Shown: in pieces, positions 8,118-16,800 of the stretch
Position numbering within the stretch: the first letter of the stretch is position 1
How the letters are laid out: every line of letters starts with the position of its first letter
Source of the DNA: a virus
Lineage: Duplodnaviria > Caudoviricetes
Direction: 5' to 3' (one strand)
Virus record (IMG/VR): IMGVR_UViG_3300042945_000250
Location: 1 to 30,427 of that record
DNA length: 30,427 nucleotides
Made by a program: the position numbers and the translations under genes
Notes under the pieces: model-generated
Told to the model about the DNA's origin: nothing
The model's database searches: none
What the model saw: only the letters and a program-made list of their open reading frames with translations

Positions 8118-9336
8118 TCTTATCTTCAAAGTCCTTGTATCGATAGTATCCCTTGTCAAAATCGCACTGAACTAGGAAATCTCCCATAAACCCATTGCGG
8201 TTCTTTCTAAAGGCGCACTCAATAACATCGCTATTAGTTCCACGGCCAAGTGCAAGAACCCAGTCGGCATCGTATGCAATCTGTCTTGACCAAGCAGTTT
8301 GTCCAAGCGTAGGGACCGTAGAGAGATCATTGACATCGTCAGGGGTAGCAGAGGAGATAGCAATAATTGGAACCTCGTCGCCGATAGCCATAAGTTTAAG
8401 TTCTCGTGAAAGATTCTTCATTCTAACAGTTTCATTATCTGACTTTTGATTTGGACTCATCAACTGAAGATAGTCGACAATCACAAAGTCTGGCTTATAC
8501 TGATCAATCTTTCCACGAAGAACAGATGGGTTGATTTCTCCACCATTATCATTTGATATGATATGAAACTCTGGCTTACCTACAAGATTTTTAGCATGCC
8601 AAGACTTTAACATATCTAGTTCGATCTCTCCATTTGAAATTTTTCTATGTGACCATAGACCTTCACCCATAATTGTAAATACACGGTTACGAACTTCTGT
8701 CTCAGACATTTCAAGAGAAATTACCATTGGAGACTTTCCTTGCTTCCAGGCCTGAACAGCAAAGTAAAGTGCAAGCCAAGACTTTCCAATTCCTGGATAG
8801 GCAAGGAATACACCTAATTGTCCTGGCATAATTCCAGAAGGAAGATAGTTATCAAATCCTGGAAGACCAGTTTTAATTCCTCTATGGCCAAGCGCTTGCT
8901 GCTCCTTAATATTTTCAAAGTATGCAACTGCTGACTCAAGATCTGTTACGTCAATGTCACGTATGTTTGATGTATTCTTTTTTAACTCTGACGTTCTTGT
9001 AATAAGTTCGTCTAATGCCTTTGGTCCTTGGCCCTGCTGAACCTCTGATGCTGCACCTCTAAGGATATCCTTTAGACTATCATTCAGATATTCTGTCTGT
9101 AACTCTGCAAGGTGATGCTTTGTGGATCCTATACCCTTTACTGGTTCAAAGTCTCTAAACTTTTCTACAACTAGTGATGCTGGTGGAACTGCACCATTAT
9201 TTTCAGCATAAAGACGAATAAAATTCCAGATATCACTATGAGTTCTTAGCAAAGAATCTATGTTTGCCTGCAAAAGCACATGCAATTGCTTGTCTTCTAG
9301 TAGCGCTGAAATTAGTTTTGACTCTGTATTATTCAT
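8110..9336 (-). CDS. dnaB: DnaB-like replicative helicase
   Basis: GIKTG, Walker A AYPGIGKS, SLEM, Walker B IVDYLQLM, LSRELKLMA, IAYDAD and KNRNG. Confidence 0.95.
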   Translation of the reverse strand: MNNTESKLISALLEDKQLHVLLQANIDSLLRTHSDIWNFIRLYAENNGAVPPASLVVEKFRDFEPVKGIGSTKHHLAELQTEYLNDSLKDILRGAASEVQQGQGPKALDELITRTSELKKNTSNIRDIDVTDLESAVAYFENIKEQQALGHRGIKTGLPGFDNYLPSGIMPGQLGVFLAYPGIGKSWLALYFAVQAWKQGKSPMVISLEMSETEVRNRVFTIMGEGLWSHRKISNGEIELDMLKSWHAKNLVGKPEFHIISNDNGGEINPSVLRGKIDQYKPDFVIVDYLQLMSPNQKSDNETVRMKNLSRELKLMAIGDEVPIIAISSATPDDVNDLSTVPTLGQTAWSRQIAYDADWVLALGRGTNSDVIECAFRKNRNGFMGDFLVQCDFDKGYYRYKDFEDKTV

Positions 9337-10027
9337 CTTCTCCCCAATAATAATTAATTGTGTTCATACTATTTTTTCCTGTATGTTCTGATTGCGGTTC
9401 ATCATCTATATTACCATAGAATCCAAAGGTTCTACGAGGAAAATAACTTAAAAGTTTTTTCCCAAATCTCATTTCTGATGTTGCTGTGTCAAGATCTGCT
9501 GGATACTCTACTTCCAGAATGCTGTTCATAAAAATATTTGGATGATTTGCCCACATTGCAGAATGCATAACAAACTTATCTCTTTGCTCAATAGGCCATC
9601 CAGTATTAACTAAAAAGTCTACGACATTCTTATATCCCAACTCATTATGAAAGAAAGGCTTTCTTATTGTAGATAATTGCAACAAGTTGTTTTTTGTTAA
9701 AACATCTACCATATCTTCCACATCAATAGTTCTTAACAACTTTTGATCATCTTCAATCCACAGAGTATAATCAAAACCTGAGTTCTTTAAATACTTAAAT
9801 GCAAAATTATAAGCATAGTTTAGTCCAAGATTCTTATCAGATACCCCCACAATTTTATATTGTGGATATTTTTTAGATAACATATCCCTATAGTCTTCAC
9901 TACCAGAATCATCAAATATGACCCTAGAGGAGTTTCCTATGTTAGACAAAGACTCCCAAGACAAAATAGTTTCATCTAGATACTCTTCTCTGCCACATGT
10001 AAGAACTGCAACTACAAGTTTATCCAT
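9329..10027 (-). CDS. Glycosyltransferase, GT-A fold (family 2-like)
   Basis: VVAVLTCGR.EYL.ETI.S, VIFDDSG, NLGL..AYN.AF, DYTLWIEDD (DxD-like) and a C-terminal EHTG. Confidence 0.85.
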   Translation of the reverse strand: MDKLVVAVLTCGREEYLDETILSWESLSNIGNSSRVIFDDSGSEDYRDMLSKKYPQYKIVGVSDKNLGLNYAYNFAFKYLKNSGFDYTLWIEDDQKLLRTIDVEDMVDVLTKNNLLQLSTIRKPFFHNELGYKNVVDFLVNTGWPIEQRDKFVMHSAMWANHPNIFMNSILEVEYPADLDTATSEMRFGKKLLSYFPRRTFGFYGNIDDEPQSEHTGKNSMNTINYYWGEDE

Positions 10028-10328
10028 TCAACCATTCCTTAGCCTTCTTACGTCTCTCTGACCTATCCTTGTCATCCTGCTCTTTATCTAATCTAGCCTG
10101 CAATATTTTTTCTGCATTGTATGCAAAATAATTCCAGGATGGAGACTGAGCAACAGAAAAATAATACTCTAGCAGATCATAGCACTTACTTATTCCATAA
10201 GACTCAATTAGGGCATCCGAAGCCCACTGCTCTACATTTAAATTTAGTGATGGCTTTTGCTCATACTTTGCAGTATGGAACTTGCTGTAGCGTGAAAGCA
10301 AAGCCATTCGGTCTTTGCGTTCTGCCAT
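10020..10328 (-). CDS. Hypothetical protein (102 aa) upstream of the helicase, possibly a replication accessory factor
   Basis: ORF coupled to its neighbours by TAATG and ATGGATAA overlaps. Function is suggested by position only. Confidence 0.75.
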   Translation of the reverse strand: MAERKDRMALLSRYSKFHTAKYEQKPSLNLNVEQWASDALIESYGISKCYDLLEYYFSVAQSPSWNYFAYNAEKILQARLDKEQDDKDRSERRKKAKEWLNG

Positions 10329-10537
10329 TACTTTTCTTCAGCCTCCGCTTGGGCTTCTACAATTTTAGCAGTCAGTTTGTCTTCAACAAACTTGTAAACA
10401 CGCTCAAATGCCTGATCTGTATTCTCTCCATCACGCTTTGAATCTACAACCCCAAGATCAAGCCTTAGTGACTGAAAGTTACCTAGATTAAGCGTATATC
10501 CCAGAGTTACTGAGACCTTTGTATTATCGTTTTCCAT
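10328..10537 (-). CDS. Small hypothetical protein (69 aa)
   Basis: GGAGG RBS. The sequence VSVTLGYTLNLGNFQSLRLD suggests a beta-hairpin followed by a helix. Confidence 0.8.
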   Translation of the reverse strand: MENDNTKVSVTLGYTLNLGNFQSLRLDLGVVDSKRDGENTDQAFERVYKFVEDKLTAKIVEAQAEAEEK

Positions 10538-10552
10538 TTACCCTCCAAGGGA

Positions 10553-11098
10553 CTATTTGATCGATTCACTCCACACTGGAATAAATCTACCATCTTCTGT
10601 TCTCGTATATGTAAGTATACCGTCTCCCATACGCCTTGTCAACTCTTGGCGTGATGGGGTTATATCGTTTGTTATTAAATTATCTTTTCTTGGTCTACCA
10701 ATGTGGTATGTAGCAAGTATATCACGAATCTGATGAACCTGAGATTCTGAGTAATATGATCTTACCTGAAATCCTCTTGCCCCGCCTTTTTGTGAGCCTG
10801 TTGGAAATGGAATGACTCCTCGTTTCATTAATGATGGCATATATTTCTTATGACGATTAACTAGTTCGGCAGTCTGACCAACTGTATAGGCTCTCTCTCT
10901 TTTATTTTTAAAATCAGAAATTAAACAACTTTCAATCTGATCTTTTGTGATATTGTAAACTGACATAATCCCATTAGACTTATTGAGATGATGCAAACGA
11001 ACTAGATCCCCATTTAAAAACCAGACCTTTTTATTGCCAGGAATTATAGGGGCGAGATTGTAACCTTCGCTCTCAATTGTTCCTTTTTTAGTAGCCAT
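10553..11098 (-). CDS. Helix-turn-helix (MerR/excisionase-like) DNA-binding protein
   Basis: AYTVGQTAELVNRHKKYMPSLMKRGVIP...RSYYSESQV resembles a winged HTH. A GRPR AT-hook-like motif follows. Confidence 0.7.
   Translation of the reverse strand: MATKKGTIESEGYNLAPIIPGNKKVWFLNGDLVRLHHLNKSNGIMSVYNITKDQIESCLISDFKNKRERAYTVGQTAELVNRHKKYMPSLMKRGVIPFPTGSQKGGARGFQVRSYYSESQVHQIRDILATYHIGRPRKDNLITNDITPSRQELTRRMGDGILTYTRTEDGRFIPVWSESIK
10614..10622 (-). promoter_or_regulatory. Candidate internal promoter CGGTATACT, 76 nt upstream of the 69-aa gene
   Basis: AGACGGTATACT matches AGACGGTATAAT at 8109-8120 at 11 of 12 positions. It lies inside the HTH CDS. Confidence 0.45.
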
Positions 11099-11235
11099 CT
11101 TCCCTCTTCAGAATCTACAGGTGGATTAAAAAATTTCCTATACCCACAAGACATACAGTATGTCTCTAGGTGCATAACAGAACTGTGAGTTCTATCAATG
11201 AACATTCTTCCACGACACTTTATACATTTTAGCAT
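11044..11235 (-). CDS. Small zinc-ribbon protein (63 aa)
   Basis: CIKC...CMSCG motifs and a TAATG coupling at 11235. Confidence 0.75.
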   Translation of the reverse strand: MLKCIKCRGRMFIDRTHSSVMHLETYCMSCGYRKFFNPPVDSEEGRWLLKKEQLRAKVTISPL

Positions 11236-11678
11236 TAGTTAGGTATACCAACTACGATTATGTTTAATCCAACAGACATCTTGCCAGTCTTGTTAAATCT
11301 TACAATGCCTTCGACCTTACTTGTTGTAACTCTTTTGATTACAACTGAAACATCATTTCCCTGATCAGAATCTCCATTGTTGACTACTGTTGCTGTAACA
11401 ATTGGGGCATACTTAAAGTCTACCTTAAAGTCATAAGAGAATGGTTTTTCTTCACTAGCAGTAATGTTTGTGTTATTATAAATATCTATATAGCCACCAA
11501 TGATTCTAGACTCTGATACCTTGACATATTGAGGCCCCAAGTCCTTAGTATCTACCGTAACATATTTATATGTAGATGATGATGATTGAGATGCTAAGTC
11601 ATTAATAGCATTTGCTAACTGATAAATATAGGCAACATCTAGTGGTTGCCCTCTTTCTGGTAGTGGAATTTTAGCCAT
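11235..11678 (-). CDS. Hypothetical protein, possibly a minor tail protein with a small C-terminal beta-sandwich (H-type lectin/gp53-like)
   Basis: N-terminal helix followed by FSYDF..DFKYAPIVTATV...NIIVVG, a pattern seen in small tail-tip beta domains (inference). Confidence 0.55.
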   Translation of the reverse strand: MAKIPLPERGQPLDVAYIYQLANAINDLASQSSSSTYKYVTVDTKDLGPQYVKVSESRIIGGYIDIYNNTNITASEEKPFSYDFKVDFKYAPIVTATVVNNGDSDQGNDVSVVIKRVTTSKVEGIVRFNKTGKMSVGLNIIVVGIPN

Positions 11679-11683
11679 AATAT

Positions 11684-11692
11684 ATTATACCA
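11684..11692 (-). promoter_or_regulatory. Extended -10 promoter TGGTATAAT, leaderless geometry
   Basis: Perfect TGnTATAAT fills the 14-nt intergenic gap and lies 5 nt before the ATG at 11678. No SD sequence. Confidence 0.7.
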
Positions 11693-12124
11693 TTACAGCG
11701 TCTGTATTTCAGACACGTATAATCTTGCCCTTTCTGACTCTAGTTTTGGATAGGTAGTTTTTTGGACCCATACCGCAAAATTTGTTTCTGTGGGTTTTAT
11801 TATTCCAGAATAATATGGAGCATAGGTAGTATTTACATATTGCCAAGTCTGCTTATTATCATAACTTATATAAACATCAAATGAAATATCAGACTCTTCT
11901 GGCTGCCAAACTAAGTTAAATACATTTGTGGACGGATCAAATGACAATACTGCGTCTACAATATTTTCTTTAGGTATGTAGATATTATATATTGGAGACC
12001 AATGACTACTCTTATTTCCCTCTTCTTCAACAATCCTATATCTAATGTTATAAGAGTTTGTTGTTGAATTTCTAAAAGGAAGGTCCTTTTTTAATATCTT
12101 AACTCTTTTAATAACCTCAGCCAT
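11693..12124 (-). CDS. Putative minor tail protein (Fn3/Ig-like beta-rich)
   Basis: YNIRYRIV..GNKSSHWS and LVWQP..FDVYISYD resemble Fn3 strands. The ATG at 12124 overlaps the upstream stop (TGATG). Confidence 0.6.
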   Translation of the reverse strand: MAEVIKRVKILKKDLPFRNSTTNSYNIRYRIVEEEGNKSSHWSPIYNIYIPKENIVDAVLSFDPSTNVFNLVWQPEESDISFDVYISYDNKQTWQYVNTTYAPYYSGIIKPTETNFAVWVQKTTYPKLESERARLYVSEIQTL

Positions 12125-13359
12125 CAAACAACATCCACAGCAAATCTAAATTCTAGATATGAAGTGGTTCCCTTTTCTTTTGTTATTGGCTGAGACCCAA
12201 TGTTACTAATAACTGAATATCCACTGAGTCCATATAGTGGGTTAAAACTTGTAACATTTTCTAATCTCATTGCATCCAAAGATATATAGAAGTTATCCGA
12301 TAGTAGGCCATTCTTTTTTGTGCATCCATATATCTTTACAATAGAAACGTCTCCCCAGTTTGCACCAATGCTAGAGTGCAACTCGCTTAACTTTTTAGAA
12401 ATTGAAAAATATCTGTTTTGTGTAAAATCATACTCTCCTGGATCTGTGCCATTATTCATAATGATTTCCATTCTAGACCATTCTCCTTGATCTTGAGTAT
12501 CGGAATTAGAGAATTCAACCATAAGAATAACTTGGTCTGGAAACTCATCATTTGTTGGATTTTTATTAACAACTGAAAATGCTAACTTAACCTCATCTAG
12601 TGGAGAGTTTTTAGTTAGATTAAATGATGGATCTATATTATGAATATGTCCACCAGGACTAGTTTCATTCACAACAATCCTTCCATCGCTACCAATACTT
12701 AGATTTGACAAGTTGCCAACAATCATCATTGCATCATTTAAAAATCTTGGCCTTTCATATCTGGCAAGTCTTTCTTCATCATTAAATACTCTATCGTCAG
12801 CATACGCTCTAAACACTGGACAGAACTGAGGAACAGTTTCACTTAAAATATTGTATTCTCCAAGGATTACATTGTCCTTATTGTCAGTATCTGAGTTATA
12901 GTCTAGTGGAGTCTCAATCAGCGGGATATCTTCTTTACCCTCAGAGTTGTGATACTCCCATGTTTCTGATGTTGTAAATGAATAAAGCATTTTACTATCG
13001 AATGCGCCTGCTGCTGGGTTTGCCCCTGCTGAAAATACCCCAACCTCTGTGATTTCATATCTTGGATCTGAAGGTATTTCTGTAGTAAAAACTATCTTCG
13101 ATACTGGAACAACTACCTCGACACCGTCTACAGTAATTATTTGATTTTCTGTAATATAACCACGAGAGGTAATTTGCCACCTGTCCATCTCAAACTCTAA
13201 GGATGTTCTGTTCTGGTAGTCTTCCCTCTCTGAAGGGCTAAAAACGTGGTCTGAGGCCTTTGGTTGGGGTCCACAGCCGATGGCTATATAAGAAGCATAA
13301 GAGGGAGCCTGCCCAATTAGGTATTTACCTAAAATATTTTTACCAGTATTAGTTATCAT
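12124..13359 (-). CDS. Putative minor tail / baseplate protein (411 aa)
   Basis: MITNTGKNILGKYL...YIAIGCG and YEITEVGVFS resemble tail-collar/baseplate-attachment domains. It lies in the tail-tip cluster. Confidence 0.7.
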   Translation of the reverse strand: MITNTGKNILGKYLIGQAPSYASYIAIGCGPQPKASDHVFSPSEREDYQNRTSLEFEMDRWQITSRGYITENQIITVDGVEVVVPVSKIVFTTEIPSDPRYEITEVGVFSAGANPAAGAFDSKMLYSFTTSETWEYHNSEGKEDIPLIETPLDYNSDTDNKDNVILGEYNILSETVPQFCPVFRAYADDRVFNDEERLARYERPRFLNDAMMIVGNLSNLSIGSDGRIVVNETSPGGHIHNIDPSFNLTKNSPLDEVKLAFSVVNKNPTNDEFPDQVILMVEFSNSDTQDQGEWSRMEIIMNNGTDPGEYDFTQNRYFSISKKLSELHSSIGANWGDVSIVKIYGCTKKNGLLSDNFYISLDAMRLENVTSFNPLYGLSGYSVISNIGSQPITKEKGTTSYLEFRFAVDVV

Positions 13360-13850
13360 TATTCATTCACCTCATATATTGTATCACTAAACTTAGATCC
13401 ATTTACCTGAATCTGAACCTCTACAGACTCTGACTCTTTAATATTAACTAACTCTATGATTAAGTTTCCATCTTCATCTAAATATACAATAGACTGGTTA
13501 GGACCTGTTCCTGTTGATGGAACCCTAGACCCAAAATTAATTGCAAACTGACTAAAGTATGCCTCAGAAATTCCCTGTAGTGCTAAAATATTATTTGGGT
13601 TATACTGCAAATATAGGCTTGAGATATTTTTAATTGGATTATAAAGAATGTCTATTCCATTTAAGATATCGTTTCTTGCTATATTGATTAACTCTTGTCC
13701 ACCAATATCTTCAAAAATTAAATCTGTCATTATTTCAATAGGGATGACTTCATCTCTAAATATCAGTAGGTCTGGTGTTGCAACCTTTACTGGCATTTCT
13801 GGAGGTGTAGTAAGAGATGGAACTGGTAAGTTAGGGGTTGCTTCAACCAT
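13359..13850 (-). CDS. Putative minor tail protein (163 aa)
   Basis: Acidic protein, TAATG-coupled on both sides within the tail-tip cluster. Confidence 0.65.
   Translation of the reverse strand: MVEATPNLPVPSLTTPPEMPVKVATPDLLIFRDEVIPIEIMTDLIFEDIGGQELINIARNDILNGIDILYNPIKNISSLYLQYNPNNILALQGISEAYFSQFAINFGSRVPSTGTGPNQSIVYLDEDGNLIIELVNIKESESVEVQIQVNGSKFSDTIYEVNE
13378..13386 (-). promoter_or_regulatory. Candidate extended -10 promoter TGATACAAT
   Basis: TGnTAnnnT match followed by a GAGGTG RBS and the ATG at 13359. Confidence 0.4.
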
Positions 13851-16800
13851 TATAATACCTCACTAACATATAGGGACATTGCTGGACCAGATTCGTCTTT
13901 GCTATACTCAATATTGTATACAACAAATCTTTTGTTAAGTGATCCCAATATATCTACATTATCCTTAACATATGATACTTCAACAATATCGCCTAGTTGA
14001 ATCATAGGATTTGCAAAAATTTGTAAACCAATAGACTGTCTAGGCTTCATAATTTTCTTAATCATCCATCCCATCAAACTGTTAGCATCATCCTGTGTCT
14101 GAACATATGGAACATTTAAAGAAAATTCCTTTTTGCCGTGAGTCATTCTGCTTATTTTAATATCTTGGTATTCTTGTTTTGTTTTTTCTGGAGAAACAAG
14201 AACTGTTGTTCCAGAAAGTTCTGGATTTGAGAAATCACTATTTTTTGAAAAATAAGAATCTACGGTTAAATCGTTTTGAGAATTTTGTGTAAATGTAATT
14301 CCTTGAATTCTAAGGTAGTTTCCAGTTGTTTCATCTAGGCTAAGAGCAGTGTCTGTAGCATTAAAGATCATAAACTCTGCACCATAAGATCCTGCACGGA
14401 ATCCAGATACTGTATAACCCTTTAGTCTATTAAATGTTGGTGACATTTTTGCAAATAGTGCTGGCCATGCCTTATCATATTTTACATCAAACAAGGATGC
14501 CTCTCTCATAATAGTTCCAAACTCATCAAAATATAGTCTGTGCTCTGGTGGCTGGTATGGACTTATGCCTGACAGGTATGTTCCTTGAACAACTCCAGAC
14601 ATAGCATACTTAGAGAATGCAGCATTTGTATCTATCTCTTTGTCTGCATAAATCTTATTTACTGGTGTATCAATAGAGTAAGCAGTATTTTGTGTATAGT
14701 TATTGGTAATAGCATAAATGTGCTCAAACATACACTTTGCAGATCCCCTGACAAAAAGTGCCATATTCGAGTATACTGGGAGTGGGCTTGCATCATCAAC
14801 TACTGCAACCTGGTTTCCATTTATAAATAGATAAAACCTTAGCCCACTAGAAGTTTTTTCATATTCAACATTTAAGTCATAGACTGTAGGGGTTTGCTCT
14901 GCAACCATTCTATATTGACCAGTAAACCTTCCATCATCAACAACGATGTTGGTTAGGCCCTCCCACAACTTAATTGGAATTGCCTTATCTGAATCTGAAG
15001 ATCCTACCTCTTTTGCAATTTTATAAAAGAATATATTGTTTACATTTGTATTTTTTGAGTCAACCTTGTAAGTGCTGAGTGCTGCAATTTCAAAATAATA
15101 TCCGTTGTTAGTCTCTGGATTTAGCAATACGGCAATTCCACCAGAACCACCTGTAACGTAAATGTCAGTATCTGGGGTCAAACCAGTAACAGTATAGTAT
15201 TGGCTTCCTCCAACCATGCTTTGAGTCTTATCTTTGTTTGACTCAATCTTTCCAACAATTCTCATTCTTGTTCCAAAACTCTTATAACTGTCTGTTAGTT
15301 TTTTGTAAACATATGAAATATAGTTTGAAGATGTTTCTGCAGTATTAAAGGTTGGCCCATTAAATACAAGTGCAGAAGACTGAATTGTTCCACTTTGTGT
15401 TGATAGCAAAGACTTTACATCATTTTCATTTTTATAAGAAGATGATAAGAAGTTTTTAATAATACCATTTCGTGAAGACTTCTTTGCAGTATCTAGACTT
15501 ATTCCAGCAGGTCCATCTTCTAGGTCAAAGGTGAATTCTTTTAATGTGGTCAGTCCACTTGTTTTTGTTGTCTGGTAGTCTTTGCCATCAGCAGTTACCT
15601 TTACAGAATTAAACAATAGATCTGAGTCCATAACACAACCTCTAACATTGTTATCGTTAGTCCAGTATTCGTTTATACCAGCATCGTGTGATACTATCTT
15701 TGTGTTAAATTGACCACGACCATGCTTTGCTACAGGCCCATTAGCAAGTCGTGTAACTCCATTAATAATTTCATAATTTGGCTCTGAGTAAATTCTTACT
15801 AGGCCTGTTGGGTAAATTTTTCCATTAAATGGTAGTTTTGAGAAGTAGTTTTGATATTCTTCTACACTATTAATCCATACGTTGCCAACACCAGCAACGC
15901 TATACTCTACTGCATCAAACTTAATTATTTCTCCATTAGCATAAAAGTATCCATTGTATCTTGGAATCCAATAAACACCCTCGCCTAGATCGATAACATT
16001 GTTTACAACAACATGATTTGATACTGTTGGAACAACATTGGATAGGGATGAGTTCATTGGTATTGCGCTTAGGACATAACTTGACTGAGCGCCCACCTCT
16101 TGGTTGATTGACTTTGTATTTTCGCTACCACTAACTTCCCAGAGCAGAACTGGCTTATATACCCAAACCTTGTCATTATCTATCATACTTGCCTGTTTAA
16201 TTGACCCAACAGATCTCTGTATATATCTTACGTCATATGTAATGGTTCCACCATTATACACAGAGTTATCCTGTGAGGATACACCAATAATATTTGATAA
16301 CGCATTCCTAGTATTTGCATTTTCTAATATACCAGTATCTGCTTGATCATCTACACCATATACACCAATGTCTGTTGGTCTATCGGTTAGTGATGGCATA
16401 ATGTAATTTCTACTCATCATAACAAAGTTATTGTATTCGTCAAAAAACATTGCTGTTTGCGTTGATACAGCAATGTCTTGTAATATCTCAGCAACTGTTT
16501 TATTTGGTGGAATAAAGAAATAAGGAATAATTAGTTCTGGTTCATTTGGTAATCTCTTGAATGCATAATTTGAAAATCCAACAGAATCTAGAAGAAGAGA
16601 TACGGCGGAACTAACCGATGTATTGGTTGTTAGCATTTGTGGAGCAGTCATTGATTCAAACCTAAAAAACATATCTCGAAGTTCTAAAGATACCTTTTTG
16701 CTATTATGATCTATCTTTGGAAATCCCTCTGAGTATAAAGTTTTAATTGGTATATAGTAATCGTATCCATCTACATCCACAATGACCTCATAAAACTTAA

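Noticed and set aside
2957-9336. Inteins, introns or homing endonucleases in dnaE, dnaB, the primase (or recA)
   Set aside because: Protein lengths are normal and the motifs are contiguous. I see no C/S...HN splice junctions and no LAGLIDADG or HNH inserts.
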